From Balanoglossus misakiensis (Eukaryota > Animalia > Hemichordata): a stretch of DNA of 64,000 nucleotides. The notes under the pieces are model-generated. The model saw only the letters and a program-made list of their open reading frames with translations. It was not told where the DNA came from and did not search any database. The stretch spans positions 1 to 64,000 of the forward strand of contig JBECUI020000034.1 in assembly GCA_040954595.2 (NCBI GenBank), in the 5' to 3' direction. Positions 50,758 to 60,409 of this stretch are shown in pieces; the first letter of the stretch is position 1, and each line of letters begins with the position of its first letter. The translations under genes were made by a program, and so were the position numbers.

Positions 50758-52203
50758 TCAAACCTTTGGTGAGGGGACCCTCTTGGGAATAAGAGTATTC
50801 CCATGTTTATTGAGACGCTCTTCAGGGACGTCATAGTATTTTGCCATAAGTTCTCGTACTCGCTGTTCACAGAATCGACCTTGGCAGATTCCCATTCCTG
50901 CACGTGTACGGCGTTTAACTGCATCGGCATTATTAAGAACTATTCCACGGTTCAGTGCATCCAGTATAATTTCTTCTCGTACCTGTTCACAGCGGCATAC
51001 AATTCGTTCAGGATTTCCCATCGGCATATCTACCAGTGGGGCAAGCTGTTTAGCAGAAAGAAATTTCCGGTCCTTATTCCCTTGAATGATTTTTCTTCTG
51101 TTCCCATGCCAACCCAGTTTCTTTCCGAAGCCATATTTTTGTACAATAAATTCGACAATATATTTTCCGATAGCATACGATGAAGTCAATCCCGGCGACG
51201 CGATCCCTGCCAGTTCAAAAAAACCGGGAACGGCGCTTTCTCCAATAATGAAATCATTTGTTGAAGAAACAGCTCTGTTTCCTGCAAAATTTCTTATGAT
51301 ACGTTTTGGCAAATCAGGAACAGTTTGTTTTGCATGTACAATAATAGAGTCAAGCGTGTCCTTATCGGTGTCGACATCCTCTTTATTGCTAATATTTTGG
51401 GCACTTGGACCCAGTAATAAATTGTCATGATATGTAGGGGTAACAAGTATTCCTTTCCCCATGTTGGTAGGCATCTGGAACAAAATATGGTTCACCGTGT
51501 TGCCTGTTCCCCGTTCGAACAAGATGTACTGTCCTTTTCTTGGCATGATAGAATAATAATTCAAACCAAGCATCTTCGATATCGTATCAGCATAGAGGCC
51601 GGCAGCATTAACTATTCCTCCAGCTCTCAGTTCCATTCCGCTATTTGTATGCAAGACAAAAGAAGACTGTTCTCGGCGAATGGAGATTACTTCCTGTTCT
51701 TGTAGCAAGTAAACATCGTTTTCTATCGCATTTTCTGCGAGTGCAATGCCATATTCATAGGGGGATACCAGTCCCGAATCCTCGCAGAACAGAGCCGCTT
51801 CCACCTTCGGATTCACGCACTGCTCGCGCTCGCGAACTTCTGCACCCGACAAAATGGACATGTTTTTTACACCATTCTTTTTCCCATTAGACATCATGGT
51901 TTCAAGCATTGTCATGTTTTGCTTTTCAAAAGCAAGAACCATTGTAGGGAATGGGCGATATCCAAAATGTAGTTCTGATGCCAGATAGGGAAAAAGCCTG
52001 TTCCCCGGCACGCAAAATCGGCTTTTTACCGAACCGGGTTTTTCGGCAAATCCTGCATGGACAACCCCGCTATTAGCCTTGCTTGCCATGTCGCTAACAT
52101 CGCTGTTTTTTTCAATCATAACAATGCTTGCATCGTATTTACTGAGCTCACGAGCAACCGCAGCACCAATAACACCTGCACCAACAATAGCGACATCGTA
52201 CAT
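50758..52203 (-). CDS. FAD-dependent oxidoreductase with BFD-like [2Fe-2S] domain (GlpA/LhgO-like)
   Basis: GAGVIG, SKANSGVVHAG, PRKGQY, GIASPGLT and VCRCE...KRRTRAGMGICQGRFC. Confidence 0.9.
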   Translation of the reverse strand: MYDVAIVGAGVIGAAVARELSKYDASIVMIEKNSDVSDMASKANSGVVHAGFAEKPGSVKSRFCVPGNRLFPYLASELHFGYRPFPTMVLAFEKQNMTMLETMMSNGKKNGVKNMSILSGAEVREREQCVNPKVEAALFCEDSGLVSPYEYGIALAENAIENDVYLLQEQEVISIRREQSSFVLHTNSGMELRAGGIVNAAGLYADTISKMLGLNYYSIMPRKGQYILFERGTGNTVNHILFQMPTNMGKGILVTPTYHDNLLLGPSAQNISNKEDVDTDKDTLDSIIVHAKQTVPDLPKRIIRNFAGNRAVSSTNDFIIGESAVPGFFELAGIASPGLTSSYAIGKYIVEFIVQKYGFGKKLGWHGNRRKIIQGNKDRKFLSAKQLAPLVDMPMGNPERIVCRCEQVREEIILDALNRGIVLNNADAVKRRTRAGMGICQGRFCEQRVRELMAKYYDVPEERLNKHGNTLIPKRVPSPKV

Positions 52204-52263
52204 TGCATTATATTAATATTAATTCATAGTTTGTTGCAATCCCCACAATAAAATGAGACACGG

Positions 52264-52292
52264 TTGCAAAAGAATTTATTCCGTGGTACAAT
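52264..52292 (+). promoter_or_regulatory. sigma-70 promoter of the dpp operon
   Basis: TTGCAA-17 nt-TACAAT with TGn extension. Confidence 0.65.
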
Positions 52293-52326
52293 CAAGTTAT
52301 AACTCATGTATATGAAGGAGAGAAGA

Positions 52327-53940
52327 ATGAAAAAGTATTCTTATATGATTTTATTAGGTTGTATTGCACTTTTGGCATCTTGTGGAGAGGCCCCGTATCA
52401 GGAGGCATTGCCCACGGAGGACGTAGGCAGCAATGAGGTGGATAAAATGGGTGGGACAATAGTATTTGCTCGCTCAGGCGATTCAGTTGGGTTGGATCCG
52501 GCACGCGAGACTGACGGTGAGTCATACTACGGAACAGCTCAAATATTTGATAATCTGGTACAGTTTGCACCAGGAACAACTGAAGTTATTCCTGCACTTG
52601 CCGAGAGATGGGAGGTATCCGAAGATGGATTGACCTATACTTTTTATCTTCGTTCGGGGGTTACCTTTCATGACGGAACCCCTATGAATGCAGATGCGGT
52701 AATCTTTTCTCTTGTTCGGCAGTTGGACGAAGAAAATCCTTATTATCAGTATGGCCCATGGAAGTACTGGGGTTATATGGATATGAGCAACATAGTTGAC
52801 TCAATTACTGCACCCGACGACATGACTGTTGTGTTTAAGCTACAGAAGCCCGAGGCACCATTTATTGCAAATCTCGCTATGGATTTTGCTGCGATCGTTT
52901 CTCCGACTGCAGCACAGAAGTACGGTGCAGATTTTACGAGCAATCCAGTAGGAACAGGACCCTTTAAATTTGTCGAATGGGTCAAGGATTCTCATATAAC
53001 TTTGGAGAAAAATGCGGACTACTGGGAAGGTGATGTATATTTAGACAGGCTCATTCTTCGTGTCATTCCCGATGCAACCGCTCGATGGCTTGCGCTCCAG
53101 AAGGGAGATGTTGACATCATGGATTTCCCCTCTGCAGAAGATTTTGCAGCAATGGAAGAAGCCCCGGATATTAAATTGATTCAAGCACCCGGTTTGAACG
53201 TTGGTTATCTTGCTCTCAACGTAGAAAAGAAACCCTATGACGATGTCCGAGTACGGCAGGCCATGAACTATGCAATTAATCGACAGGAAATCATTGATGC
53301 AGTCTATGGCGAAGTTGGTCAGGTGGCGAAAAATCCCATCCCACCCACAATGTGGTCGTACAATGACGACATAGAGCCCTATCCATTCGATCAGAATAAA
53401 GCAAAAGAACTGCTGGCAGAAGCAGGCTATCCTGATGGGTTTACTACCGATCTATGGGCTATGCCCGTTGCACGTCCATACAATCCGAATGGACGTAAGG
53501 TCGGTGAGGTAATTCAGGGGCAACTTTCCCAAATTGGCATAGAAGCGAGTATCGTATCCTATGAGTGGGGTACATATCTGGACAAGACGGACAATGGAGA
53601 ACATCAGTCTGCCATGCTTGGCTGGACCGGAGACAATGGCGATCCCGATAACTTTCTTTGGGTTCTCCTTTCTGCACCAGCAGCTGTCCCACCGGCTGGA
53701 AACATAGCATTCTGGAAGAACGAGGAATTTACTGCTCTTATTAAAGAAGCAAAAGAAACATTTGATGTGAATCGTCGTATAGAACTGTACCGACAAGCAC
53801 AAGAAATATTTCATGCAGAAGCACCTTGGGTTCCCATTGCGCATTCTGTTGTAACAGTTCCAGCCAAGGTGTCGGTACAAGATTTTGTATTGTATCCTAC
53901 TGGAAAGCGACTATTTAAGCACGTGTGGTTAGAGAAGTAG
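52327..53940 (+). CDS. dppA: dipeptide ABC transporter substrate-binding lipoprotein
   Basis: Lipobox LLASC; PVGTGPF, WAMPVARPYNPN and GWTGDNGDPDNF. Confidence 0.93.
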   Translation: MKKYSYMILLGCIALLASCGEAPYQEALPTEDVGSNEVDKMGGTIVFARSGDSVGLDPARETDGESYYGTAQIFDNLVQFAPGTTEVIPALAERWEVSEDGLTYTFYLRSGVTFHDGTPMNADAVIFSLVRQLDEENPYYQYGPWKYWGYMDMSNIVDSITAPDDMTVVFKLQKPEAPFIANLAMDFAAIVSPTAAQKYGADFTSNPVGTGPFKFVEWVKDSHITLEKNADYWEGDVYLDRLILRVIPDATARWLALQKGDVDIMDFPSAEDFAAMEEAPDIKLIQAPGLNVGYLALNVEKKPYDDVRVRQAMNYAINRQEIIDAVYGEVGQVAKNPIPPTMWSYNDDIEPYPFDQNKAKELLAEAGYPDGFTTDLWAMPVARPYNPNGRKVGEVIQGQLSQIGIEASIVSYEWGTYLDKTDNGEHQSAMLGWTGDNGDPDNFLWVLLSAPAAVPPAGNIAFWKNEEFTALIKEAKETFDVNRRIELYRQAQEIFHAEAPWVPIAHSVVTVPAKVSVQDFVLYPTGKRLFKHVWLEK

Positions 53941-53987
53941 TCTGAAATTCTGTGCAAACAGAGTAAAGATCAGATATATGGTTTTGT

Positions 53988-55004
53988 ATGCTTAGGTTTA
54001 TAAGCAGACGTTTATTATTGCTTATACCGACACTATTCGGTGTTACAACATTAATATTTTTTATGATTGCCCTTTCTCCTGGCGACCCGGCTCGGGTTAT
54101 GTTGGGAGAGCGGGCAAATCTTGAGCAAATAGAAAAGCTCCGGCGAGAGTTGGGGCTGGACAAACCCTTAAATCAGCAATTCATGCTCTACATCAGTAGG
54201 CTGGTCCGTGGCGACATGGGCAACTCTATTGTCAGTGGTCAGAATGTTGCTGAAGAACTGACAAAACGCCTTCCGGCAACTATTGAATTAGCATTAATGG
54301 CGACCCTTGTTTCCTCTTTCTTTGGCATAGTCTTAGGAATCTTAGCGGCGAACAAACGTAATAGCTGGGTAGATTATTCTACCATGACAACAGCACTAGT
54401 AGGTGTTTCAATGCCGGTTTTTTGGCTAGCACTCGTACTCATTATGGTCTTTTCAGTTGCCTTAAACCTCTTTCCTGCGGGCGGCAGGATAGATGTGCGC
54501 TTATATTTTGAGCCGGTTACCAATTTTTTCCTCTTGGATGGTCTTATTATCTGGATACGGGAGGGGAACTCCACATATTTCTTTTCTGCATTGCATCATC
54601 TTGTTTTGCCTACGGTAGCACTAGCGACCATCCCTTTGGCAATTATTGCACGAACAACACGGGCAAGCATGTTGGAAGTACTAAAGCAGGATTATATTAA
54701 GACGGCACAAGCATGCGGCATTTCTAAAGGACGCATCATTTACCGATATGCATTGAAAAATGCTCTTTTACCGGTCGTAACCGTTATCGGACTGCAATTC
54801 GGTTTACTTCTTTCCGGTGCTATTCTTACTGAAACCGTTTTCGCCTGGCCGGGCATCGGCAAGTGGATTTATCACTCCATTGGTTCTCGTGATTTTCCTG
54901 CCGTTCAAGGAGGCATTCTCTTTGTTAGTCTTGCCTTTGTTCTCATCAATCTTGTAGTAGATGTGTTTTATTCTTTTATTAACCCAAGGATTCGATTGAA
55001 ATGA
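53988..55004 (+). CDS. dppB: dipeptide ABC transporter permease
   Basis: PGDPA, LPATIEL, SMPVFWL, GAILTETVFAWPGIG and NPRIR. Confidence 0.93.
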   Translation: MLRFISRRLLLLIPTLFGVTTLIFFMIALSPGDPARVMLGERANLEQIEKLRRELGLDKPLNQQFMLYISRLVRGDMGNSIVSGQNVAEELTKRLPATIELALMATLVSSFFGIVLGILAANKRNSWVDYSTMTTALVGVSMPVFWLALVLIMVFSVALNLFPAGGRIDVRLYFEPVTNFFLLDGLIIWIREGNSTYFFSALHHLVLPTVALATIPLAIIARTTRASMLEVLKQDYIKTAQACGISKGRIIYRYALKNALLPVVTVIGLQFGLLLSGAILTETVFAWPGIGKWIYHSIGSRDFPAVQGGILFVSLAFVLINLVVDVFYSFINPRIRLK

Positions 55005-55876
55005 AAAGCGAATTAAACGAGGACTATTTTGCACCCGGTTTTTTAAGCGAGGCATGGTTTCAATTAAAACGGAACAAAGCCGCAATGACCGGACTATTCA
55101 TTATTATTATTTTCATACTAGCAGGAATTTTTGCCCCTTTCATTGTGCCTGCAGATCCGATTAAGCAGGTAATTCCCGATAGAAAACAGCCCCCGTTCAG
55201 CGCCGGGCATGTGTTAGGAACCGACGACCTCGGAAGAGATCTCCTGTCTCGCATTATTTATGGAGGAAGGATATCCTTAATTATCGGTGTCATATCGGTA
55301 GGGATCAGTCTTGTTTTTGGCTCACTTGTAGGCTTATTAGCAGGCTACTGGGGAGGCTGGTTTGATAAAATTATTATGAGAATCATTGACATTATGTTGG
55401 CATTCCCCTACATTCTGTTAACCATTGTCATTGTTGCCATTCTCGGGCCATCCCTATTCAATGCGATGGTTGCCATCGGCATTTCTCAATTACCCCGCTA
55501 TGCACGTGTCATGCGTTCATCGGTCATGTCCGAGCGTGAAGCGGACTATGTGCTTGCAGAACGGGCACTGGGAGCCGGTTCATTTGAACTTATGTTCGGC
55601 ACTATTCTTCCCAATAGCCTGGCTCCGACGATTGTACAGGCAACACTCGGAGTAGGAGAAGCAATACTGAGTGCAGCCGCATTAAGTTTTTTAGGACTGG
55701 GAGCCCAACCACCTACCCCCGAATGGGGACTTATGATTGCCTCAAGCAAGGAGTTTATCACGAGTGCGTGGTGGATTGTTACATTTCCTGGTTTTGCGAT
55801 ACTCATAACCGTATTAGGCTTTAATCTTTTGGGTGATGGCTTGAGGGATATTTTGGACCCTCGGTTGAGAGATTAA
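55001..55876 (+). CDS. dppC: dipeptide ABC transporter permease
   Basis: LGTDDLGRD, LSFLGLGAQPPTPEWG and GDGLRDILDP. Confidence 0.93.
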   Translation: MKSELNEDYFAPGFLSEAWFQLKRNKAAMTGLFIIIIFILAGIFAPFIVPADPIKQVIPDRKQPPFSAGHVLGTDDLGRDLLSRIIYGGRISLIIGVISVGISLVFGSLVGLLAGYWGGWFDKIIMRIIDIMLAFPYILLTIVIVAILGPSLFNAMVAIGISQLPRYARVMRSSVMSEREADYVLAERALGAGSFELMFGTILPNSLAPTIVQATLGVGEAILSAAALSFLGLGAQPPTPEWGLMIASSKEFITSAWWIVTFPGFAILITVLGFNLLGDGLRDILDPRLRD

Positions 55877-55878
55877 GC

Positions 55879-56901
55879 ATGAATGAGCGAGAAACAGAGA
55901 AAGACATATTAGTTGTAGAAGACCTCCATATATCTTTTCAAACCCGGCGGGGCATTTTGAGTGCTGTCAAAGACATTAATCTGACCATTAGGGAAGGGGA
56001 AACATTGGTACTTGTGGGCGAATCAGGCTGTGGCAAGTCGGTAACCGCCCATGCAATTACTCGTCTCATTCCTATTCCTCCGGGAAAATTTGAAAGCGGA
56101 AGCATCACCTTTCGGGGCACAGACCTCTTATCCCTCAGCGACAGCGAGATGCGGCAGATTCGTGGTGCTCAAATTAGCATGATATTCCAGGAACCAATGA
56201 CAAGTTTGAATCCTGTGTTCAAGATTGGTCATCAGATACGGGATGTCTGTATGATTCATGCATCCATTAGCAAGAAGACTGCTACGCAGATGGCAATGGA
56301 CTTGCTTGATTTAGTAAAACTACCCGATCCGCATCGACATATTCATTCCTACCCACACCAACTTTCTGGGGGCATGAGACAACGAGCAATGATTGCACTT
56401 GCACTTGCCTCTCCGAATCCCGGGCTTATTATTGCAGACGAGCCGACCACAGCACTGGATGTAACGATACAGGCACAGATTCTTTCCCTTCTTCGAGATC
56501 TAAAGCAGACAATCGATGTAGCAATGATGCTTATCACCCACGACATGGGGGTTGTTGCCGAAACAGCGGATAGGGTTGTTGTTATGTATGCGGGACGAAA
56601 GGTCGAGGTAGCGCCGGTACAAGAAATATTTGAAAATCCGCGACATCCCTATACGCGTGGTCTTCTTGATTGCCAGCCAGGAGTATCCGCAAATCTTGGA
56701 GCAAAACGACTTACCTCAATTCCGGGCACCGTTCCTGACCTCATCAACATTCAAAAAGGCTGTCCATTTGCAAACAGATGTGAACGAGCAATGTCCGATT
56801 GTTATGATTCATTTCCAGCAGCAGCTACTGACGGCGAAGGGCATGAATACTGGTGTTTTAATCCACTACCGGATACTAAAAAAGGAGAGAAGGATGAGTG
56901 A
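55879..56901 (+). CDS. dppD: peptide ABC transporter ATP-binding protein
   Basis: GESGCGKS, LSGGMRQR, ADEPTTALD and HPYT...CPFANRC. Confidence 0.93.
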   Translation: MNERETEKDILVVEDLHISFQTRRGILSAVKDINLTIREGETLVLVGESGCGKSVTAHAITRLIPIPPGKFESGSITFRGTDLLSLSDSEMRQIRGAQISMIFQEPMTSLNPVFKIGHQIRDVCMIHASISKKTATQMAMDLLDLVKLPDPHRHIHSYPHQLSGGMRQRAMIALALASPNPGLIIADEPTTALDVTIQAQILSLLRDLKQTIDVAMMLITHDMGVVAETADRVVVMYAGRKVEVAPVQEIFENPRHPYTRGLLDCQPGVSANLGAKRLTSIPGTVPDLINIQKGCPFANRCERAMSDCYDSFPAAATDGEGHEYWCFNPLPDTKKGEKDE

Positions 56902-57874
56902 TCCGAATAGTTCGAGTCATCCGAGCACCCCCCAGCCACTCTTGAAGATTGAAGATATAAAGAAACATTTCTACATGCAGAGCAATGTCGTTTTGAAAGC
57001 ACTGGATGGAGTTTCTTTTACCATGATGCCCGGGGAAATACTTGGCGTTGTTGGTGAATCGGGATGTGGAAAATCCACCTTGGGCAGAACAATTCTTCGG
57101 CTATATGAACCAAATGCAGGAAAAATTATATGGCAGGGGCTTGATATATCATCGTTTCAAAAAGAAGAACTAAAAGCCTTTCGTCGGGAGGGGCAGATTA
57201 TTTTTCAAGATGCTTCATCATCCATGAATCCGCGAAAACGTTCCCACGACATCATTTCCCAACCACTTCGGATCCATAAAATCGGTAACGCTGCGGCTAT
57301 TCGTGACCGAGTGTATAAAGTTATGGAGGAAGTAGGCATCAACCCTCACTATGGACGACGTTATCCTCATCAGTTTTCAGGTGGTCAACGGCAACGCATT
57401 GGCATTGCCCGAGCATTGGCAATGGAGCCAAAGTTTATTATATGCGATGAATCAGTCAGTGCATTGGATGTTTCAATTCAAGCGCAGATACTAAATCTTC
57501 TTCTGGATCTTCGCGAACGACATGGCTTTGCCTACCTCTTTATTTCACACGACCTGGCTGTCGTTGAATTTATTGCTGAGCGGATTTTAGTCATGTATCT
57601 TGGTCGTCTGGTCGAAGTTGCAACTAAAAAAGAGCTCATTCGGAATCCACTGCATCCGTATACACAGGCATTGTTTGCAGCCTCTCCGGTTGTTGGTCTG
57701 ACCAAGAGAAAAAAGAAACACGTTGTTATTGGAGATGTGCCTTCACCAGCGAATCCGCCGCGTGGTTGCCATTTTCACCCGCGCTGTCCCCTTGCTGTCG
57801 ATCGTTGCCGCGAAGAATATCCGCCACTTAGAGAGATAGCACCCGGTCGTAAGGTTGCCTGCTGGGTTGTATAG
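56894..57874 (+). CDS. dppF: peptide ABC transporter ATP-binding protein
   Basis: GESGCGKST, FSGGQRQR and GCHFHPRCP; start MSDPN after AAGGAGA. Confidence 0.92.
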   Translation: MSDPNSSSHPSTPQPLLKIEDIKKHFYMQSNVVLKALDGVSFTMMPGEILGVVGESGCGKSTLGRTILRLYEPNAGKIIWQGLDISSFQKEELKAFRREGQIIFQDASSSMNPRKRSHDIISQPLRIHKIGNAAAIRDRVYKVMEEVGINPHYGRRYPHQFSGGQRQRIGIARALAMEPKFIICDESVSALDVSIQAQILNLLLDLRERHGFAYLFISHDLAVVEFIAERILVMYLGRLVEVATKKELIRNPLHPYTQALFAASPVVGLTKRKKKHVVIGDVPSPANPPRGCHFHPRCPLAVDRCREEYPPLREIAPGRKVACWVV

Positions 57875-57938
57875 GGCGATATTCTCCTTATCTTCATCAT
57901 AAAAGAAACAAGATTTCCTTTCATTCATCGATATTCTC

Positions 57939-57969
57939 TTGACACAATCTTAAGTTTCCATGTTATACT
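57939..57969 (+). promoter_or_regulatory. probable rplU operon promoter
   Basis: TTGACA 57939-57944 and TGn-TATACT 57961-57969 (spacer 19, long). Confidence 0.5.
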
Positions 57970-57979
57970 TATTCTTATT

Positions 57980-58291
57980 ATGTATGCAATTATTGATATA
58001 GCAAGTAAGCAGTACAAGGTTGAAAAGGGTTCTGAAATTTCAGTTGATCGGCTGGATGCAGAAGAGAACAGTAATCTTGAGTTTAACAACGTACTTTTTC
58101 TTCATGATGGGGAAAAAGTGCAGATTGGTACACCACATGTTCCTGATGTCCGTGTTATGGCCGAGGTTGTACGGCATTACAAGGATAAGAAAATTCAAGT
58201 GCGGACCTACAAACGACGCAAGGATTATCATCGTGGATACGGGCACCGGTCTTTATTGACAACGCTACGTATAACGGAGATAGCTACATAG
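57980..58291 (+). CDS. rplU: 50S ribosomal protein L21
   Basis: MYAII...KQYKV, IGTP and YKRRK.Y....GHR. Confidence 0.97.
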   Translation: MYAIIDIASKQYKVEKGSEISVDRLDAEENSNLEFNNVLFLHDGEKVQIGTPHVPDVRVMAEVVRHYKDKKIQVRTYKRRKDYHRGYGHRSLLTTLRITEIAT

Positions 58292-58295
58292 GCTT

Positions 58296-58622
58296 GTGAT
58301 ACAAGTACAGGTGTCAATGAGTAACTGTTCTGTTACATCAATACATGCAGAAGGACATGCTCGGTTGGCAGGACAGACACTCAGTGCACCCTGCATGGCT
58401 GTTTCGCTCATTTTGCGCTCCTTTGCTACCGTTATAGTGCGACATAGTAAAGATGTTACCGGAAGTGCAATGGAAGCTGGAATTTTTTCCTTGCGCCTTC
58501 GAGAGCATAGCAACTGGTTGATAGGTGCAAGTCAAGTATTACTGGAGTCTCTTCGTATGATACAGCAAGAGTACCCGAATGATATAAAAATAAGTATAGA
58601 GGAGGAATCGTATGGCCCATAA
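58296..58622 (+). CDS. prp: ribosomal-processing cysteine protease Prp family protein
   Basis: EGHA...CMAVS His/Cys pair and EYP; lies between rplU and rpmA. Confidence 0.85.
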   Translation: MIQVQVSMSNCSVTSIHAEGHARLAGQTLSAPCMAVSLILRSFATVIVRHSKDVTGSAMEAGIFSLRLREHSNWLIGASQVLLESLRMIQQEYPNDIKISIEEESYGP

Positions 58623-58860
58623 AAAAGGCGGCGGTAGTTCAAAGAATGGTCGAGATTCCCAGTCTCAACGGCTTGGTGTAAAACGCTTTGGCGGACAGCA
58701 GGTACATGCTGGTGAGATATTGGTTAGACAACGTGGAACAAGGTTTCATCCTGGTAAACAGGTCGGGAGGGGTAAGGATGATACGCTCTTTGCCAAGCAG
58801 ACCGGCGTAGTATCCTTTCGGATAAGTGCGGGAAGAAAATTTGTTGATATCCATGTTTAA
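58612..58860 (+). CDS. rpmA: 50S ribosomal protein L27
   Basis: [16 protein letters not shown] and [13 protein letters not shown]. Confidence 0.98.
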   Translation: MAHKKGGGSSKNGRDSQSQRLGVKRFGGQQVHAGEILVRQRGTRFHPGKQVGRGKDDTLFAKQTGVVSFRISAGRKFVDIHV

Positions 58861-59843
58861 TGGCACGTAGAGGGAAGTTTCTAGATATTATTAATATTTC
58901 TGTCTCATCGGGTAAAGGCGGAGCGGGCAAGGTGTCATTTGAGAAGCACAAGGTTCGCGGAGCAGCCGATGGCGGAACCGGCGGGGACGGGGGAAATGTA
59001 TATATCTGTACACGAGAGAATCTTTCAAGTCTTGCGCATCTGCATCCAGAGCAACGATACCGAGCTGGCGATGGCGAAATGGGTGGAAGTGCCAAAAAAT
59101 ATGGTGCACGAGGAGAAGCACTTCGAATTGTTGTCCCCGCCGGAACGATGGTATTCTATAGAAAAACAGGGCAGTTGTTTGCTGACTGCGTGAAAGCAAA
59201 CGATGAACTTCTTCTTCTTAATGGTGGTAAGGGGGGCAGGGGAAATGCAAACTTTCAGTCCTCCCGTATGCGGAGCCCACGTTTTTCGCAGGAAGGGGAA
59301 CCAGGTTACAGCCTTGATTTGCGGCTGGAACTTCGCTTGACGGTTGATGCAGCGCTTATAGGAGCGACAAACAGCGGAAAATCGACAATCCTTTCCCTAT
59401 TGACAGGTGTGCATATTCCAGTTGCCGATTATCCCTATACAACGCGCTTGCCTGCTTTTGCTGCCATGAATACCGATTTTTGTCGAATGAACCTTCTGGA
59501 ATTGCCTGGAATTGACGGTCAAAAGGAAAAAATTGTTTCCTTCTTGCGCCAGGTATGGCGTGCAAAGATCCTCATCTACGTAGTAGAAGATCAGCAGATA
59601 GAGAATATCTGTCAACAGATAGAGCAGTATCAGCAACTATTGCAGAGTGAACTTCCAGCTTATCAAGCAAAATCTCAGTATCTTCTGATTACAAAGATTT
59701 CCACAGCAGATAGCGATGCTAATCTTAATGACGATACTCGCATGGTACGAAGTAAATGGCAGAACATGAGGATATTTCGGATGAGCGGTTCTGCAATAGT
59801 AGATCAGCTGCGGGAATCATTATTCAGGGATCATATGGCATGA
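58860..59843 (+). CDS. obg: Obg family GTPase (divergent G motifs)
   Basis: Gly-rich Obg fold (SGKGGAG, GGDGG, GGKGGRGNANF), GATNSGKST and ADYPYTT; synteny after rpmA. Confidence 0.88.
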   Translation: MARRGKFLDIINISVSSGKGGAGKVSFEKHKVRGAADGGTGGDGGNVYICTRENLSSLAHLHPEQRYRAGDGEMGGSAKKYGARGEALRIVVPAGTMVFYRKTGQLFADCVKANDELLLLNGGKGGRGNANFQSSRMRSPRFSQEGEPGYSLDLRLELRLTVDAALIGATNSGKSTILSLLTGVHIPVADYPYTTRLPAFAAMNTDFCRMNLLELPGIDGQKEKIVSFLRQVWRAKILIYVVEDQQIENICQQIEQYQQLLQSELPAYQAKSQYLLITKISTADSDANLNDDTRMVRSKWQNMRIFRMSGSAIVDQLRESLFRDHMA

Positions 59844-60409
59844 AAAAATTTTCAAGTCTCATTTTTGGCGGTACATTTGACCCGATTCATATCGGGCATC
59901 TCTTCATTGCCAGTGAAGCGTGCCGAATTCTCAAGGTGCAGCGATTAATCTTTATTCCGGCAATGCAGAATCCGCTAAAGAGTCATATGCCTGGTGCACC
60001 TGCCCATGATCGCCTGGCAATGCTACAATTAGCAATAGAGCATAATGACTGTTTTACATTTTCTCCCATTGAACTCAACCGAGAACCCCCTTCTTTTACC
60101 ATTGATACCATCAGGATCCTGCGAAAAGACAAGACCATTGACGAAAACGCCGGCATGATTATCGGAAATAACATTCTTGCGGACTTACCGAAATGGCATG
60201 ACTACGAGAGTTTAAGCAAAGAGATTAGCATAGTCCTTGCACGAAGGACAGAACAGCCTGTCTCTTCCGACTATACATGTATTAATAATAGTTTTCTTAA
60301 CATCAGTTCGGGCAATATACGCAAGCGCGTACAATCAGGCATGTCTTGTCGATATCTGGTTCCCAATTCGGTGTACCAGTACATTACAGAGAAGAGGTTA
60401 TATCGATAA
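59840..60409 (+). CDS. nadD: nicotinate-nucleotide adenylyltransferase
   Basis: FGGTFDPIHIGH, SFTIDT and ISSGNIR. Confidence 0.95.
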   Translation: MKKFSSLIFGGTFDPIHIGHLFIASEACRILKVQRLIFIPAMQNPLKSHMPGAPAHDRLAMLQLAIEHNDCFTFSPIELNREPPSFTIDTIRILRKDKTIDENAGMIIGNNILADLPKWHDYESLSKEISIVLARRTEQPVSSDYTCINNSFLNISSGNIRKRVQSGMSCRYLVPNSVYQYITEKRLYR

